NCBI GenBank assembly: GCA_028534125.1
Contig: CM052816.1
Span: 28,522,001-28,586,000, forward strand
DNA length: 64,000 bases
Source of the DNA: Lama glama
Taxonomy: Eukaryota
Reading direction: 5' to 3'
Every line of letters starts with the position of its first letter. Position 1 is the stretch's first letter. Positions 25,246 through 39,100 of this stretch are shown here, piece by piece. The notes under the pieces are model-generated. The model had not been told where the DNA came from, made no database searches, and worked only from the letters and a program-made list of their open reading frames with translations. The position numbers were made by a program, and so were the translations under genes.

Positions 25246-28149
25246 TAACCTATTACATTCATTCTATTCTTTTTTTTCAGTTTGACAAAAATGATCAAGA
25301 TATCAAAGGACTGCTTTATTATATTATAAATTAGACATGTTAAGAGAATTTTTCTTATTGTTGAGATCCATCAGTCTCTCCAATTTTCCTACCTCTCTTT
25401 CATTTGGATATGTAATTTTCATTAGTATGCTAACATAATAACAAACCATTCCGAGTGACAACTGCTATTCAACTGACCTATGAAATTAGTTTTATCCTCA
25501 AGAACTAGCAATGTGGTTAAACTCAAATGCTGGATTTTCTCTCTTGCTCAATGTCACAAACACATCTTATGTTTTAAAATTTGAAGTCCCTATAATCATT
25601 ATGGAAAGACATGGTAGATTTTAGACTAATATCTTTATCAGTCAGTTTTATAATTATTTCAACAGTGAAGTCACCTTTTTAACCACCTGAACTCTGCTGA
25701 AACAGTTAAATATTAGAGTTGAATATTTTTTTCTAGAAACATTTTGAGTTTGAGAGGTTCTATCACTGACTGGCAAATACACCAGAAAACTAAAGGGTGC
25801 AAATATTTCACTGGAAAAGAAAGAGATTGGTGGACAGAGGTTATCAAGACTTTATTTCAGTGAAAAAATGCTAAGCCCACAATGCTCTGCTTTTTCCATA
25901 AAAGGCACATCAATTAGAATACATGGAAACTAGGTCCTGAATTCTTTGGTCCATTAAGTCAGCTGAAGGTCTTAGGAGCTCAGATTGAATAAATGACTTG
26001 CAAAATATTAACCAGCAAATTATTATTAGAGCTAGAATTTCAATTTGAGGAATCTTCATTTCTGGTCTTATATTTTCACCAAATAATCTGATCTTAGATA
26101 TGTCATGCAGCTAAATGGTGAATTCACAATGTTTATAAAAAAGAAAGGAAAATTAAAAAGCAATTAATAAGTATTCCTCCATGAGTCTTGCCTATTAACA
26201 CAGATATAGACAGATATTTTAACTTCTTTATCCTGATTTAGTCAACAACTTATCCTTACTTTCCTTTTAATGTATTTTCACACTTACATAATGCTCTATA
26301 CTTTCTGTTTTACTTACTTCTAAAGTAGAATTTGATTAAAAAGACAAGTGTAGCTAAATTCCAAATAGCATTCCCTCTTGCTTTCCAATAAGGGCATATC
26401 AAGATAAAAACATAATTCATGGCACAGCTCCTAGCAGACTGTTAAAAACACTATGATTGCCACAACGCCACAACTGAAAATAGTTTGCTCATTACATTAC
26501 TGAATTTACAGTACTCTAATATAGAAAGTTTATTTAACAGGGTCTCAAGTACAAAATCAATACTACTCCAAGGAGTTAATTTCAAATGCAGTACTCCCAA
26601 ATGGGTGACAAAAGCATGTAACTGATTAAAGAAAAATAGTCAGTCATTGTAAACATGTCAATATGTCCCCTATATTTGACATTATCCAGACATCTTTTAT
26701 TTTCAATTTAAATTCACTCTACATATTAAACGGTTGACGATCATGGCATCTTTCAGATTCATCTAGGGGTGGAAAAATTTAGTATCCATATTTAATACAA
26801 ATAATAATAAGTAGTGTCCTACACAGACAGGAGCACTGAAGTTAAATTATTGCTCCAGAAGCAACGGAGCTTATTTCTTTCATATATAGAAAAATACTGA
26901 GGCTAATGAAACCTTTTTTGGTAGCCTTTTATGGTGGGAAAACAGAAAACTGCAACAAAAGAACATTCTTGTCCTTGACTTTACACGCTTTCACCTCAGG
27001 AATCCCCAGCTGTTAAAAGTAATCTTCCTCCTTATGGTCACATTTGGTGTAACCAGGACTATTCCCAAATTATGAATGAGACCTATGTACCACAAAGCAA
27101 CTTTTCAGAAACAATGAGCATTACCTCAATATTTGATTCTAAATAATAACATTTATGTATTTTTGTTGTTTTTCAATGGTCAAATTTAAGAGTTTTCTAT
27201 AGTTAACATACACACAGAGAAATTGAAATGCAAACCAGTTTTGTTCATAGAAAATGTGGGTATTTTAACACAAATTGATTAAACCTGGCACTTTGGATGT
27301 TAATTTTGCAATTTAAAAAACGCCATAACGTTCCTTAAAATATTTTTGAAGTCTTACAAAGAAAATATTGCTGCATTTCATGATATTCTACATATTTTCC
27401 TCTACAGAATTTAAACATAAAACAGAGACTGAAAACATGATAATTAATATGGTGATCACTACTGTGTGACTGTTAATCATGTTATTTATGTCATTATGTA
27501 ATAACTTTAATATTCAGAGGGATCTAATTGTTAATTGCAACATTTGCATGTATTTCAGATTAACAGATGATGTACTGGACTTGCAAGTTTCTTAGAAATG
27601 TGATTATGTGTTGTCTAAATTCCTATAAACACTGTCTCAAGGTAGGGCTGAGCTTCTTGGGCATTTCCTGCTGTCCTGTTGTCACTGCCTGCAGCACAGT
27701 TTCCCTATTTCATCACATGGGGAGGTGGGAGTAGGTTATGGAGCTTCCGTTAAAAAAATTAGAGAACTTTTAAAAATAGTGTACTTTAGATTATGCAAAA
27801 TACACTGAACTGAACAGGTTGAAATTATGAATGGGGGGAGTGTCAGTATGAAGGGATAGGCTGTACTAATGGAGATATACTAATGAATGGAAAGAAGGAG
27901 GAGTTAACATATGAAGCATGTATACAGAGGAAATAAATGCACATGAAGGGCTACATAATGTGAATGGAAACATAAGAACTGCAATATGGATCAATCAATC
28001 AAGAACATTCTCTGAGCACCTATTCTTTTTGAGCACAGAACACTAGGGCAAGTCACAAGAAACTTCCCTCAGGTTAACACTGAATCCACCCTGTTTTAGT
28101 ATTGCTGCCCAGTATGTCATTAACATAGACCAGTAAGGATCAGCTCTAG

Positions 28150-28420
28150 AACAGTCTTCAGGAAGACAAGGGGCAGTCAACCACATCCCAAAAACTGACA
28201 TAAATATCTCTGAGTGGTGTGGTGGTGCAGAGTCGCCTCTGGAAATGAGAGAGCTACCTCAAACATGTGAAGGGACGCCTCGTCTCAGGAAACCTGGGCT
28301 TGTTGTATGAGGTGCCAATGGGCTGAACCAACCTCAGAGGAAACATGCTCTAGGTCATGGGAACCAAAGACGACACTAAATCTGAGTGACTGAGCTGATT
28401 GCAGCAGAGGCAAAGTGATC
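28150..28420 (+). mobile_element. L3/CR1 LINE fragment
   Basis: 'gagagctacctcaaacatgtgaagggac...ggcttgttgtatgagg...gggctgaacca' resembles the CR1/L3 3' region. Confidence 0.5.
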
Positions 28421-29662
28421 TCTTAGCAGTGACACTATCAAGACTCTAAAGTATCAGACAACTGTGAGTCTAGACTCCATGGTCTGTGAGGTCTGAGAAT
28501 TGGGCCCACGTCCATGAGGTCACACTCAGTCCAGAGACACAAAAGCATTGCTCCCCTAGTGTGCAGTCCCTCATTCCTGCCTTAAGTCTTTGATGATAGG
28601 TTCCCCAAGCAATGCAGTTGCTGTATCTGAGACTTGTTCAAACCAGGTATAAATCAAAGGACAGGGGTTTAAGTCATTCAGTTTGCAGTCATTCACTCAT
28701 CCTTTCCCTGCTTACAGAGCACTATTCTTAGCCATTCTAGGAATGCTGAGATGATTGAGAAAGACCCCTCCCTCAAGAAGCTCAAAAGACGCAGCCTGGG
28801 GCAGGCGTGAGGGTTACCCTTAGGCACACATTTCTTGGCTTCCTCTTGCTTCCCCTGCTACTACAGATTTTCTTTATCAACAATAACCTTGAATATTTAG
28901 TAGAGGAAAAGCAAAATTATACATTTGAATAAGCTCAAGGTATTTAACTTCATCATTCATCCACTCATAGTGAATGCCAATCATGAGATATTCAGTTATA
29001 TATGCTGGGTGCCCTTCTAGTTGTTGGGAATAAAAAAATCAGAATCCCTGCCCACGTTTTTATTACATACATATAGATTATAGGAGACATTTCTGTTAAT
29101 AACAGATTATCAAGTTTGGAAGCAAAACAGTAATTAAAAAAACCTCTAATGAACAGTATTATGCAAACACTATTTGTTACTTAATACTGAAAAAGAATTA
29201 TGGCTGAAACATTTAACACAGTTAACAGTCAAAAATAATAAGAGAAATCAAATGTTCCAACCACATTTCACATTAAATCTACATGAATACTCCTAACAAC
29301 ATTGTCAAAAATCAGAGATTCATGAAGTTATAATGCTGCAGTGGAAAAGCAAAGAAATGATGAAATTAAGCCTCTCTGTTTTAACATTTCTTACAGAAAA
29401 TTATGCATCTCTGTTCTACCTTCCTCCTCAAAAAAAGTTTACCTAAAAAAGCCATTAAAAAAAAATAGCTTTAAGGACCTATGGAAAGGAATAGAGATTT
29501 TCCCACTGAGCACTACTGTTTCATTCTTCACACCAAGGCAACAGAGAATAGAAGCACTGTGTCCACAGTCACACTCAGTAGTTATGTGATCTTAGAAAGG
29601 GTACTTGCTTACCTGTTGTCTCTCTTTTCTTATCTCAGAAAGAGAGGTTAAAAAAAAAAGTA

Positions 29663-29870
29663 CAGCTGACCCCTGAATAACTGGAAGGTTAGGGGCACCC
29701 GCCTTCCTGCAGTCGAAAATCTTAACACCTTCAATGTACATGGGAGGTTCTGAACCTGTGGGTTCAACCAACCACGGTTCATGCAGCACTGCAGTATGTT
29801 TTTACTGAAAAGAAATCTGCCTGTAAGAGGACCTATGCAGTTCAAACCCACGTTGTTCAAGGGCCAACTA
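29663..29870 (+). mobile_element. Tigger-family MITE (MER8-like)
   Basis: TIRs cagctgacccctgaataac...gttgttcaagggccaacta flanked by TA on both sides; internal 'gcagtcgaaaatc' and 'gcagttcaaacccacgttg'. Confidence 0.85.
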
Positions 29871-29937
29871 TACTAGCTTCATAAGGTTAATGTGAAAATT
29901 AAATGCGCTCATACAGGAGAGTGACTTAACACTTTTT

Positions 29938-30230
29938 TATAAAACAGACTCCCGGACATAGTAAACAATCTTATGGTTACAGGGTGGAAGGGGGTGGGAA
30001 GGGATAAATTTAGGAGTTTGAGATTTACAAATGTTAACCACTATATATAAAAATAGATAAAAAAACAAGTTTCTTCTGTATAGCACAGGGGACTATAGTC
30101 AATATCTTGTAATAACCTTTAATGAAAAAAATAGGAAAACAAATATATGTATGTATATGCATGACTGGGACATTGTGCTGTACACCAGAAATTGACAACT
30201 TGTAACTGACTATACTTCAATTAAAAAAAA
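29938..30230 (+). mobile_element. Camelid/cetartiodactyl L1 3' UTR fragment
   Basis: 'acagactcccggacatag...gtatagcacaggggactatagtcaatatcttgtaataacc...gtaactgactatacttcaattaaaaaaaaa'. Confidence 0.9.
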
Positions 30231-32560
30231 ATTACATGAGCTCATACAGGAAAACGACAACACCTTTTTAAGCAAATACTAAGTGTTTGGTATCATTTCT
30301 GTTATTAAAATTGGAAGAGCACTGCAGCAACAATGCATGTCAAAATCTTCACTGATAGGTTCTCAGAACACCTTGGATGAAGAATTCAGAACCAAGCACT
30401 TTAGCTTTATCATTGATCTGGGTCAAATGTTCTCCAGGCAATATGACAGCAGACTGCTCTGCGATGGTTGGGGCCCATACGTTCCTCACAGCAAACTGCG
30501 AATGCCAAATTCTAAGGGTGCTGTCAGAGTTCCCCAGCTTCAAAATTGCCACTGCTTTTCCCATTTTTCCATTTTGACAGTATAGACTCTGTTTTGCTGT
30601 TTGGCAGAGATTGTTTGGCTTTGCACAGTGGAAAAAACTATTACCAAACCATTCCAGCCATAACTTGTGGTCTTATTCAGCAATAGAACTTTTCTTTCAA
30701 ATACAATCTGAACAATTCCTTCCTTCATTCCCTTCAAATATTTTGGACACAGACTCACGCTAGGCTAACACCAAAATGGAAAAGGTTTGAAAATTATCTG
30801 GTAAGTATGGAAGTAAATCATTAAAATGCATGTCAATTATCCAGAGGATCATTACACATTCTAGGAGGAAAATGTCTAAACTTTATGCTCAGAATCTGCT
30901 ACTGGGAAATAACAGAAGATGACCTGAATTTGTAAGAGGAAAGAGGACCAAACCTGAATTCTTGACAAATGTGCATTTACATTATTGGCCTTTGCAGAAT
31001 TAATCAATATCCACAATCTGTTCAGATAACTTCACCTTGAGTACTTCCTTATCCTTCACCAACAAAGATGCAAAAAAGTCTACAGTGTAAGAACTGAATG
31101 CTGAATAGGTTTTTCAGGAATCATGGTGGGTTTTACACTGAGCTTGTTACATTATCTTGTCACCCTTATGATCAACATCATACATTTGTACAATGTGTCA
31201 CATGCACAGGTTCACAGTCTGGCTACAGAAGAAAAAGATATCTTTGTATTAAATCAACAGCTATATCTAAGAATCAAACATACACCCATAACCCACAAGC
31301 TACAAATATCCATCAGTAGAATCTCTGTGTGAGAGTACACTGCTAAGGACAGCTCCATTCAAATTCTAATCAGTATGCAATCAGCCACACTAAAAGTTCC
31401 TTCAGGGAACTGGTAAATTCTTACTTGTCTTCGTAGCACCAGAATCTAAGAATCAAAAGGGATTTGTTGATTGGCTAAACTTGATTAAAGCTCACTTCTT
31501 AGGCTAAGTGGCAGAGGGCTATTGACTCTTGGTCCATTTCTTAAATGAGTCATGTGTCTGGACATAAAGAATTAAAATGCAGGGTTCAGTCTCCTTTTTA
31601 ATAGCCGTTACCCAAGTGATGTATTTCTGCCTTAAAGAAAAAGTATTTATCAAGTACGGCATATTGCTATGCTGTTGGAATTGCACAAAGAACCCCAGAA
31701 AATCCTATAATATAAATATATTTTAAAAACTGAATTTAATTATATAATAGATCATACATGTAAAGTAATCATATGAATTGAATGAAATATTCGAATTTTG
31801 GATTATATTTGTTTATTTTGTCCCAAACGGAAGATAAAATGCATGTTCTAAATTGCTTTCCTGTAAATAATATGGAAACCTCTTTGGGGGATTTAAATTA
31901 CGAAGTTTAGCAGTATGCTTACAAAATTATTGAAAAAAAATACAAAGCATGACCTTTTATAGGACAATTTAAGATTTATATTAAGATTTAAGAGAAAGGA
32001 GAAAACAAAAAATTAAATTTATAAACTTTCAAGTTTAACCTAATTTTAACTTCAGTGCTACCAAAAAGACAATGATAAAATCTTACCGTATAAGGTAATA
32101 TTTCTTATTTACAAAATAAAATACTAATATTAACTTTAATTGTGCATTTTATGATTATTCAGAAAACCAGCGATTAAACAACAAAATATGATTCTTGTTT
32201 TAAAATTCATCTTTCATCATTAGATTTCCTTCACTATATTTGGACTTGGGCAAGATGCATTATATCCAGGCCTTGTGTATAAATTCATGGGTAAAATAAC
32301 AGCATTATAGGCCCTTCAGTCTCTGCTGAAATGCTAACTAGATGTTTTTCCTATAATCTTTACAAAGTATACACAGTGCTAATATGTCTTTGTCCAATGA
32401 GAATTTCAGTCTCAGAAAACAGTACAAAGTGATCTTTTAACTAATCTATCACTTTGATAAAATGACATGACCTTTCAGGATAAAAATATAATCATGTCAC
32501 CTGAGTCCTCAGTTTCAAGAAATACACGCATTAATACTTACTCAAAAAAAAAAATATAAA

Positions 32561-32645
32561 GGGGAAGTGTATAGCTCAGTGGTAGAGCACATGCTTAGCA
32601 TGATCGAGGCCCTGGGTTCAATCCCCAGTACCTCCATTAAAAATT
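32561..32645 (+). mobile_element. tRNA-Ala(AGC)-derived SINE (camelid Vic-1-like)
   Basis: Close to tRNA-Ala-AGC with A box TAGCTCAGTGG, B box GGTTCAATCCC, 3' CCTCCA plus A-rich tail; acceptor and anticodon stems disrupted. Confidence 0.85.
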
Positions 32646-33734
32646 AAGACTGTTTGGCAGTAATAGTATACGTGTACTTCCTGAATAATCCAATAAAAGA
32701 GCTGTATTTACTATAAGCATTTTAGAGCACAAAACAGTATATTTTTTAAAAGAATCAAATTAAGTAACATGTATGTACTGAAATTTGGGGGGGGGCATTA
32801 AGGTATATATAAACTATAGCTAATATTACCTCAAAACTAAAAACTCATGTTATAACATCAAATATTCAGGGTTTAAATAAATGGAGAGTACAGGTTTGCA
32901 ACAGGATATTTCAAAGGCAGTTGAATTTTGAACCAGTAACCTTTGTAGTGCAAGGGAATTAATTCAGCTGGCACCAGCAAACAGATGGACAGGGATGAAG
33001 AAAACCTCCTCCCCCACAAACCTACACAGTAAATGGTAAGGAACTGCTTTTCCACCTGTCTCTGCAGCACAGCTGTTCAAGGTGCTAAAGTGGGCCTGGG
33101 TTACCTGCCACACACACCTGGGATTAGGCCAGAGCAGGACTGCCTGTGGCTAAAGGGTCTTTTCAATGGAATTTGGGCAAAGCAGAGGACAGGCCTCAAT
33201 ACCAAAGAGATGAGCTCTTGATGGGGCCTAAGAATTTGGAAAGCTAAGTGCACTGCAAAAATGTAACTCTGAGCCCTCAGTATCAGAACTAAAACTTTGG
33301 GAGCTTCCCGCAGTTTAAATTATTATTTGAGGAACAGCCTAGGGAAATGGGAAAGAAAATGGAGTGAAGATTTTCAGATAATAAAAATGTTTTTTTTTTC
33401 ACTATGCTGTCTTTTAATTTCATGAGTAATGCAGTATATATACATCAACCACTTGTATCTAATTCTTAATGAAAAATTTCTTAAAGTTTTTGAGTAATTC
33501 AGATTTTACCTAGAGAAAGAAGGGAATAACTTGATAAGATGCACATTGCTTTGAGACACAATTCCATGCCTGTATTATTTTAATCTTGAAACATTTTATT
33601 GTCTAAAAGTCTAAATAAATGGTTCTTTATCCTGAGTTTATCATATCTGTTTCTATAATAATTTGGCAAGGATATACATATATTTATATATAGATAAATA
33701 TAATTATATCTATCTGCCGTCTATCTACCTATGT

Positions 33735-34690
33735 TGATTTCATAAACATGAAAGGCAAAAATTTAGCAATTTTAGAAAAAAATAGTATAATTATGACCTT
33801 GGAGTAAAAATAGATTTCTTAAGACTCAAAAAGCACGAACTATAAAGTAAAATGTTGATAAATTCATCTGGAAGTTATAAGAAATACCACAAACACAAAA
33901 CAACCAAAAAAACAGAAATAGATATTTTTAAAGCATATATTTTATAAAGTATGGTACTCAAAAATAATAAACAAAATTTATAAATCAATACAAAAAACAC
34001 AATAATCCAGTAGAAAAATGTAAATTGTGTAAACAAAAATTTTAATAAATGAGAAAATCCAAATGGTCAATGAATATTTGTAATCAAAGAAATAATGACT
34101 AAAATATTAATTAAATACCATTTTAATATCCTTAATAACAAAACTGGAAAAACCATAGTGCTAATCTATGGGTGAGTACATAAATAGATTTTGGTATCTC
34201 TTTACAATGGAGCACCCTTTATATTCTATAATGGAATACTTCCCAGCAGTAAAAATGTATAAACTATATCCAGGAGTTCTATAAACCACAATGCTACATT
34301 AAAAATTACCTGCATAATTTTATACAATAATTGTATCACATGGAGTAAGTACACATGACACATAGCAGACAGAATTTTAAAAATTATGCATATTATATAT
34401 ACATTTATACATGTGGAGAAAATATAGAAAATACATTATAATAATAAACACCAAATTCAGAATTTCGTTTCTATCCTGTTACAGATTAAAAAGGAAAATG
34501 GGATTAGGAAGGCTCACACAGGGGATATAGAATGGATTTGTGGTATTTTATTTATAAAACTTTAATAATTTTTATTTATTTTTCAAATGTCGCAAAATAT
34601 TTAATATTTTGTTAAAGCTGGGCAAAGGACAGAAGGGTCTGGTTATCTCATCTTCTATGATTTCAGTATGGCTGAAATATTTCATTATAA
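33735..34690 (+). mobile_element. L1ME-like ORF2 end/3' UTR remnant
   Basis: 'atgaccttggagtaaaaatagatttcttaa', 'aaaatccaaatggtcaat', 'aatggaatacttcccagcagtaaaaatg'. Confidence 0.7.
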
Positions 34691-34849
34691 CAAAACAAAG
34701 AAAAGTAAAAGGAAAAAATGATTTCCAAGAAAACAAAATAAAGAAGAAAAATGCAGGATTTAATTTGATGGTTCAAATATAGTAAAATTTCAACAGTAAG
34801 GCAAAATTCAGGAAGAGTTTAGCTCTAGGCTTTTTTAGCATAATCAGGC

Positions 34850-35080
34850 CCTGGTTTTCTAAAAATTGTACATCTCTCACATCAATTGTTTTAACTGCAT
34901 CTTCAGGCAGGTCCCAGAGCTCATAGTTTTGTACCACAGCATCAATATAAAATACAGGTACCATGTGTAGGAAGAGAGAAGAAACTCCTAAGAGCTTCAG
35001 CAGGTGCCGTCTCAAATCTCATGGACATAAATCAAGACTACAGCCTTAACCAGTCATGGTGGCCAGTGGATTGAAAAAAG
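34850..35080 (-). mobile_element. LTR16/LTR33-like fragment
   Basis: 'ctcaaatctcatggac...ccttaaccagtcatggtggccagtggattg'. Confidence 0.4.
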
Positions 35081-37367
35081 AGAGAGAGAGATCAAAAAGT
35101 GAGATATCTGTTATCTCTGTTATGTGATAGGTAAATAGAAAGGTAAGAGAGATAAAAGTACAAGTCATGAAACGATTCTGTATTTCAGTGGCCAGTTCAG
35201 CCAAGCCAAGTAATTGCTGACACGTGAGAACAAAATCATCATTTATATTGATGAGAAATCTCAAATTTTCACAATAGCTGCTGATCTTTCACCTTGCTGT
35301 GAGGGTCTCAACTTAACAAATTATTTACAAAACACTACATTTTAACAGGAAATATATTTTTAATGATGGAAACATTAGGCATTAACTAAAGTTACAAAGC
35401 TAAATTCTTCTAATTAGGACCACTGTCAAGATAAAGCAGTATTTGAGACCTAAAACTCTATAAAGTATTTATATGATAGATAAATACTAATTGGTGAAGA
35501 AAAAGATTCTTAAAGGAAAATTTCAAATTCACATTAAGACTCTTTGAGAATAAAGCGATTTGTCAAGTTAGTAATTTTCAAAGGAAATCACAAAGTACAT
35601 ATCTCAGGTTTTTGTACCTATTAAAAAGAGGTTACCTTTAACTATCTCATGCTATTTCAGAACACAGAGTAATACATATTGAGAAGTTAGCATTTATCAC
35701 TGACACTCTGGAATATTACATGTGAAACAAATTAATAAAATATTAATAATATAAAAATATGTCCACATGCCCTATAAAATAATAACCATTATTATGAAAA
35801 TCTGAAGTTAATTGTTAGCTAAGATATAGAGACATATTGTCTCATTTAAACAACAAATTATGGTCCTCCTAAGGGTGACTCATTGAGAGAGTGGGCAGCA
35901 AAGAAAACCAGAAAGATACACAATGTGTACAACAGTTACATGTTGAGTTACTTCTGAAATAAACCACTGCAAAAGATTATGGTTCTACCATTTGCCAAAA
36001 GCTTGTCTTCCTAAAGTCACAATGTTAAAAAATACTTATTATGATTCAAACACTTCATTTAAATGTAATTTATCAGTTGATGCAATATATGTCACAACAA
36101 AACAAAAACAAATTGGCTGGTCCTGAATATACAGCATTTTACAATTTGGTTGTATCAACCGTCAGTTTATTCAAGAGCATTTACTAAGCATCCACCATGT
36201 TCCAAAAGTTATTCTGCATTTCATTCCCCAGGCATACAAGTAAATTTTTCACCTTAATAGGCAGAGTACTTTGACCTGAAACTTATGTTTGAAAAAGTGT
36301 TTTGGAAGCAGCACACAGAATTCAACCAAGGTAAGTCTGTTACCAAAATTTATGCAGGAGTAGTACAACATCTTCATCGCGATGTCTGACAAAACTATCA
36401 CACAGTACAATGCCTTGGCTATGCTACTTTATCTTCCTAGACATTTTGATGATGAAAATGATAGATGTCCAAAATACCATATAAAGATTCAAACTGTTCT
36501 ACTGCCTAAGAAATAGACACTGACAGCAATCCTAGGATTTTCCTCTTAAACACATCAAACAGAAACATAAGTTACCCCTGCAAAGCTGTAGTATGTCTCT
36601 TAGAGAAGATACCATTCTAAAACTTCTACTTAATTTTCTTGCTAAAGATTCAAAATAACGAATTAAAGACATTTTAATACAATTTTATTTACACTAGTAA
36701 TCTCTATGAGTTTATCATTTTAAAATTACTCTTATCCTAATATCATGCAAACATTTCTATAACCATGAAAGTTGGAAGCAACCAACATTAGTTATAGACT
36801 CAAGACACTTAGACTATGGTACAAAAGGAAGTAATTATACAGATAATTCAGAAAAGAAAGAAAATAAATGAACACGTAAGTTATCTGACCATACCCAACC
36901 CTCCCCCCACAACAAAACAGTTACTACATTTGTTAAATTAACTAAATAAAAATCAGTTTACCTTTATAATGTGTAGGTAACTGAATGCAAAAAGAGTTTT
37001 GAAAATACTGTGAAATAGATATATATTATTCATTTGTTATAGATCAATCTAATTGCATCCATTTGTAACAATTTTTATATAATCTTTAATAGAATGATTG
37101 GAACAGGTGAAGGAAGAGGAATGTGTATATGGATACACATGTATTCTCTGCTAATTAAGGACTTAACTATAAAAAGGAAACATACAATACTATTATTAGA
37201 TTGATATTGGAATTGTTTGGAATACTACTAGATTAAATCTAAATGCAAAATGTATAGCAGGTGAGGATCAGAGAAGCTTTCTTCATGGTACACTACTATT
37301 ACTGGAACTGTGTTGAAAAATTATGAGTATATATATATATATATATACACACTCATTTTTATTCCTA

Positions 37368-37580
37368 GTAATAATAATAACACCTAATATTTATTGAGTG
37401 TTTGTTAAGAGCCAGGCCCTTGAATTTATAGTCAAAGTCTTATTCTACCTCCATCAAAACATTTCACAATTTTTTCTTTTCCATTTTACAGTTACATAAA
37501 CTGGGACTTGGAGAGGTCACACATTTGGAAACAGCTACACACTGATATGACCCCAGGCCTGTCTGACTTCAAAGTCCCCC
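37368..37580 (-). mobile_element. MIR SINE
   Basis: 'aatatttattgagtg...ccattttacag...ccccaggcctgtctgacttcaaagtcc'. Confidence 0.75.
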
Positions 37581-38199
37581 AGTAAACATCAGTCTTAGCT
37601 GCTTAGAATCCTAGGTATATTGGCTACCTCTCAAAAGCCTGAAGATTTCTAAAAAAATAGTAAAACTTTCTAAAACCTTAACACTGAATCAGTCATTATA
37701 GAATGAACATAAAAATATTATTAATAACTACAGAATAAATATAAAATAAAATATTTATCAAGAAACTTCTATTGACAAGACATTTGCAGAAAACAGGAAG
37801 ATGAGACAATCCCCTCTCTAGATGCTGTTTCTCAGTGAGACAAGTCAAGTGCACAGACAACTTCAAGGCACAAGAGGGCCAGATGGGTGTGGCTACACAG
37901 GTACAAACTGCCATGGGCCATCAGAGGCAGGAGAGCGAAAAGGGGAGGAATTAAGAACATGTGCTGGATCTCAAAGGATCTCCTTGAGAGGATGGTAAAC
38001 AAGGCTGTTTTAAGGCAAGAGAATATCTGATCTTGAGACTTATCATTTGTTTATGTTCTACCAAGAGGAAAACATTCTTACAGCTGAGTGTTTTCAGAAA
38101 ATCATTTCTTAGATATGGAATGAGAACCTAGCTGAAAAGAACATGAGAAGAAAGGTATCTCTTAAAAATGTGCTAAAAGGATAGATATGAAGTGGTCTA

Positions 38200-38383
38200 A
38201 TCACCAAAATGATAATAAATAAAAAGGGCAGGAGGAAGCCTTTGAAGGTGATGGATTTGTTTAAGCACTGATTGAAGTGATGGTTTCACAAATACATACT
38301 TATCTGGAAAGTCATCAAGTTGTATACATTGAATATGTATGTCTTTTCTAAGTCTATTGTATTTCAATAAACTGTTTACAAAA
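38200..38383 (+). mobile_element. L1MA/L1MB-like 3' terminus
   Basis: 'ggaggaagcctttgaaggtgatgga...gtgatggtttcaca...catcaagttgtatacattgaatatgt...caataaa'. Confidence 0.8.
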
Positions 38384-38929
38384 GTACTAGCTGATGATCC
38401 TAGGTCAAAAATCAAATCAATAATGAGTCACAGAAATGCTTTTCAGTAGGGAAGGAGGGTGTGATTACTATTGTATGTATAAGGGGAAAAAAAAGTATTA
38501 TCAGTTTTGGTAAATTCAGAACCCAATCCCTTTTGCCCTTCTGTTCGTTGCCTTTTAGCTAATTAGTCTAAGGATCACCGCCCTAAATCCACAACCTCAG
38601 ACTAAGCCTGTGGTAAGTGATAATAAAGTTTATATTATGCGGGACGTTCCTATATCTTTAAAATTTAGGGATGGTTTACTTAGAATGGGCTAGGTTACAT
38701 CAAATAATAGATTCTGATAGGAAGAAAGTAGGTAGCGGTGTTAAAGAGAGTGGTGTCTGCCAAGGTGGGAAAGTTGGAGTCAGTAACTAACACTCAGAAA
38801 ATTAGCCATGTTCCAGGTTAATTGGAATACTTACAAGGCAGAAGATACCTTTCAGACAGAGTCTTTAAACTAGTAAAAAGCCTTGAAAATCGGACTAATG
38901 AGCTTGATTTTTATTCTTTATTAAAAGAA

Positions 38930-39100
38930 AAAGCTTACTTATTTCTTATAATGACCCTATAAAGAGGGTTTTATTATTACCCCTATTTTATAGAAGATGA
39001 AAGTGAAGTCCAGAGAGGCTAAATAATTTAAGGCCACTTTGCTAGGAAATGGGAAAGCCACGAGTCTAATCCAGGATGTTTACTGGGACTTCTCTCCCTA
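38930..39100 (-). mobile_element. MIR fragment
   Basis: 'attattacccctattttatag...gaaagtgaagtccagagaggctaaataattt'. Confidence 0.7.

Noticed and set aside
27400..27560. Octamer ATTTGCAT and TAAT-rich cluster
   Set aside because: The same motifs recur throughout this AT-rich window; enrichment cannot be shown by eye
32561..32636. Functional tRNA-Ala gene
   Set aside because: Acceptor and anticodon stems are mismatched, and it has extra 5' bases and an A-rich tail, as expected of a SINE copy
35630..35712. Possible ~72-nt minus-strand exon ending AAG|GTAACC
   Set aside because: Weak acceptor, AT-rich, stops in all frames, no other support
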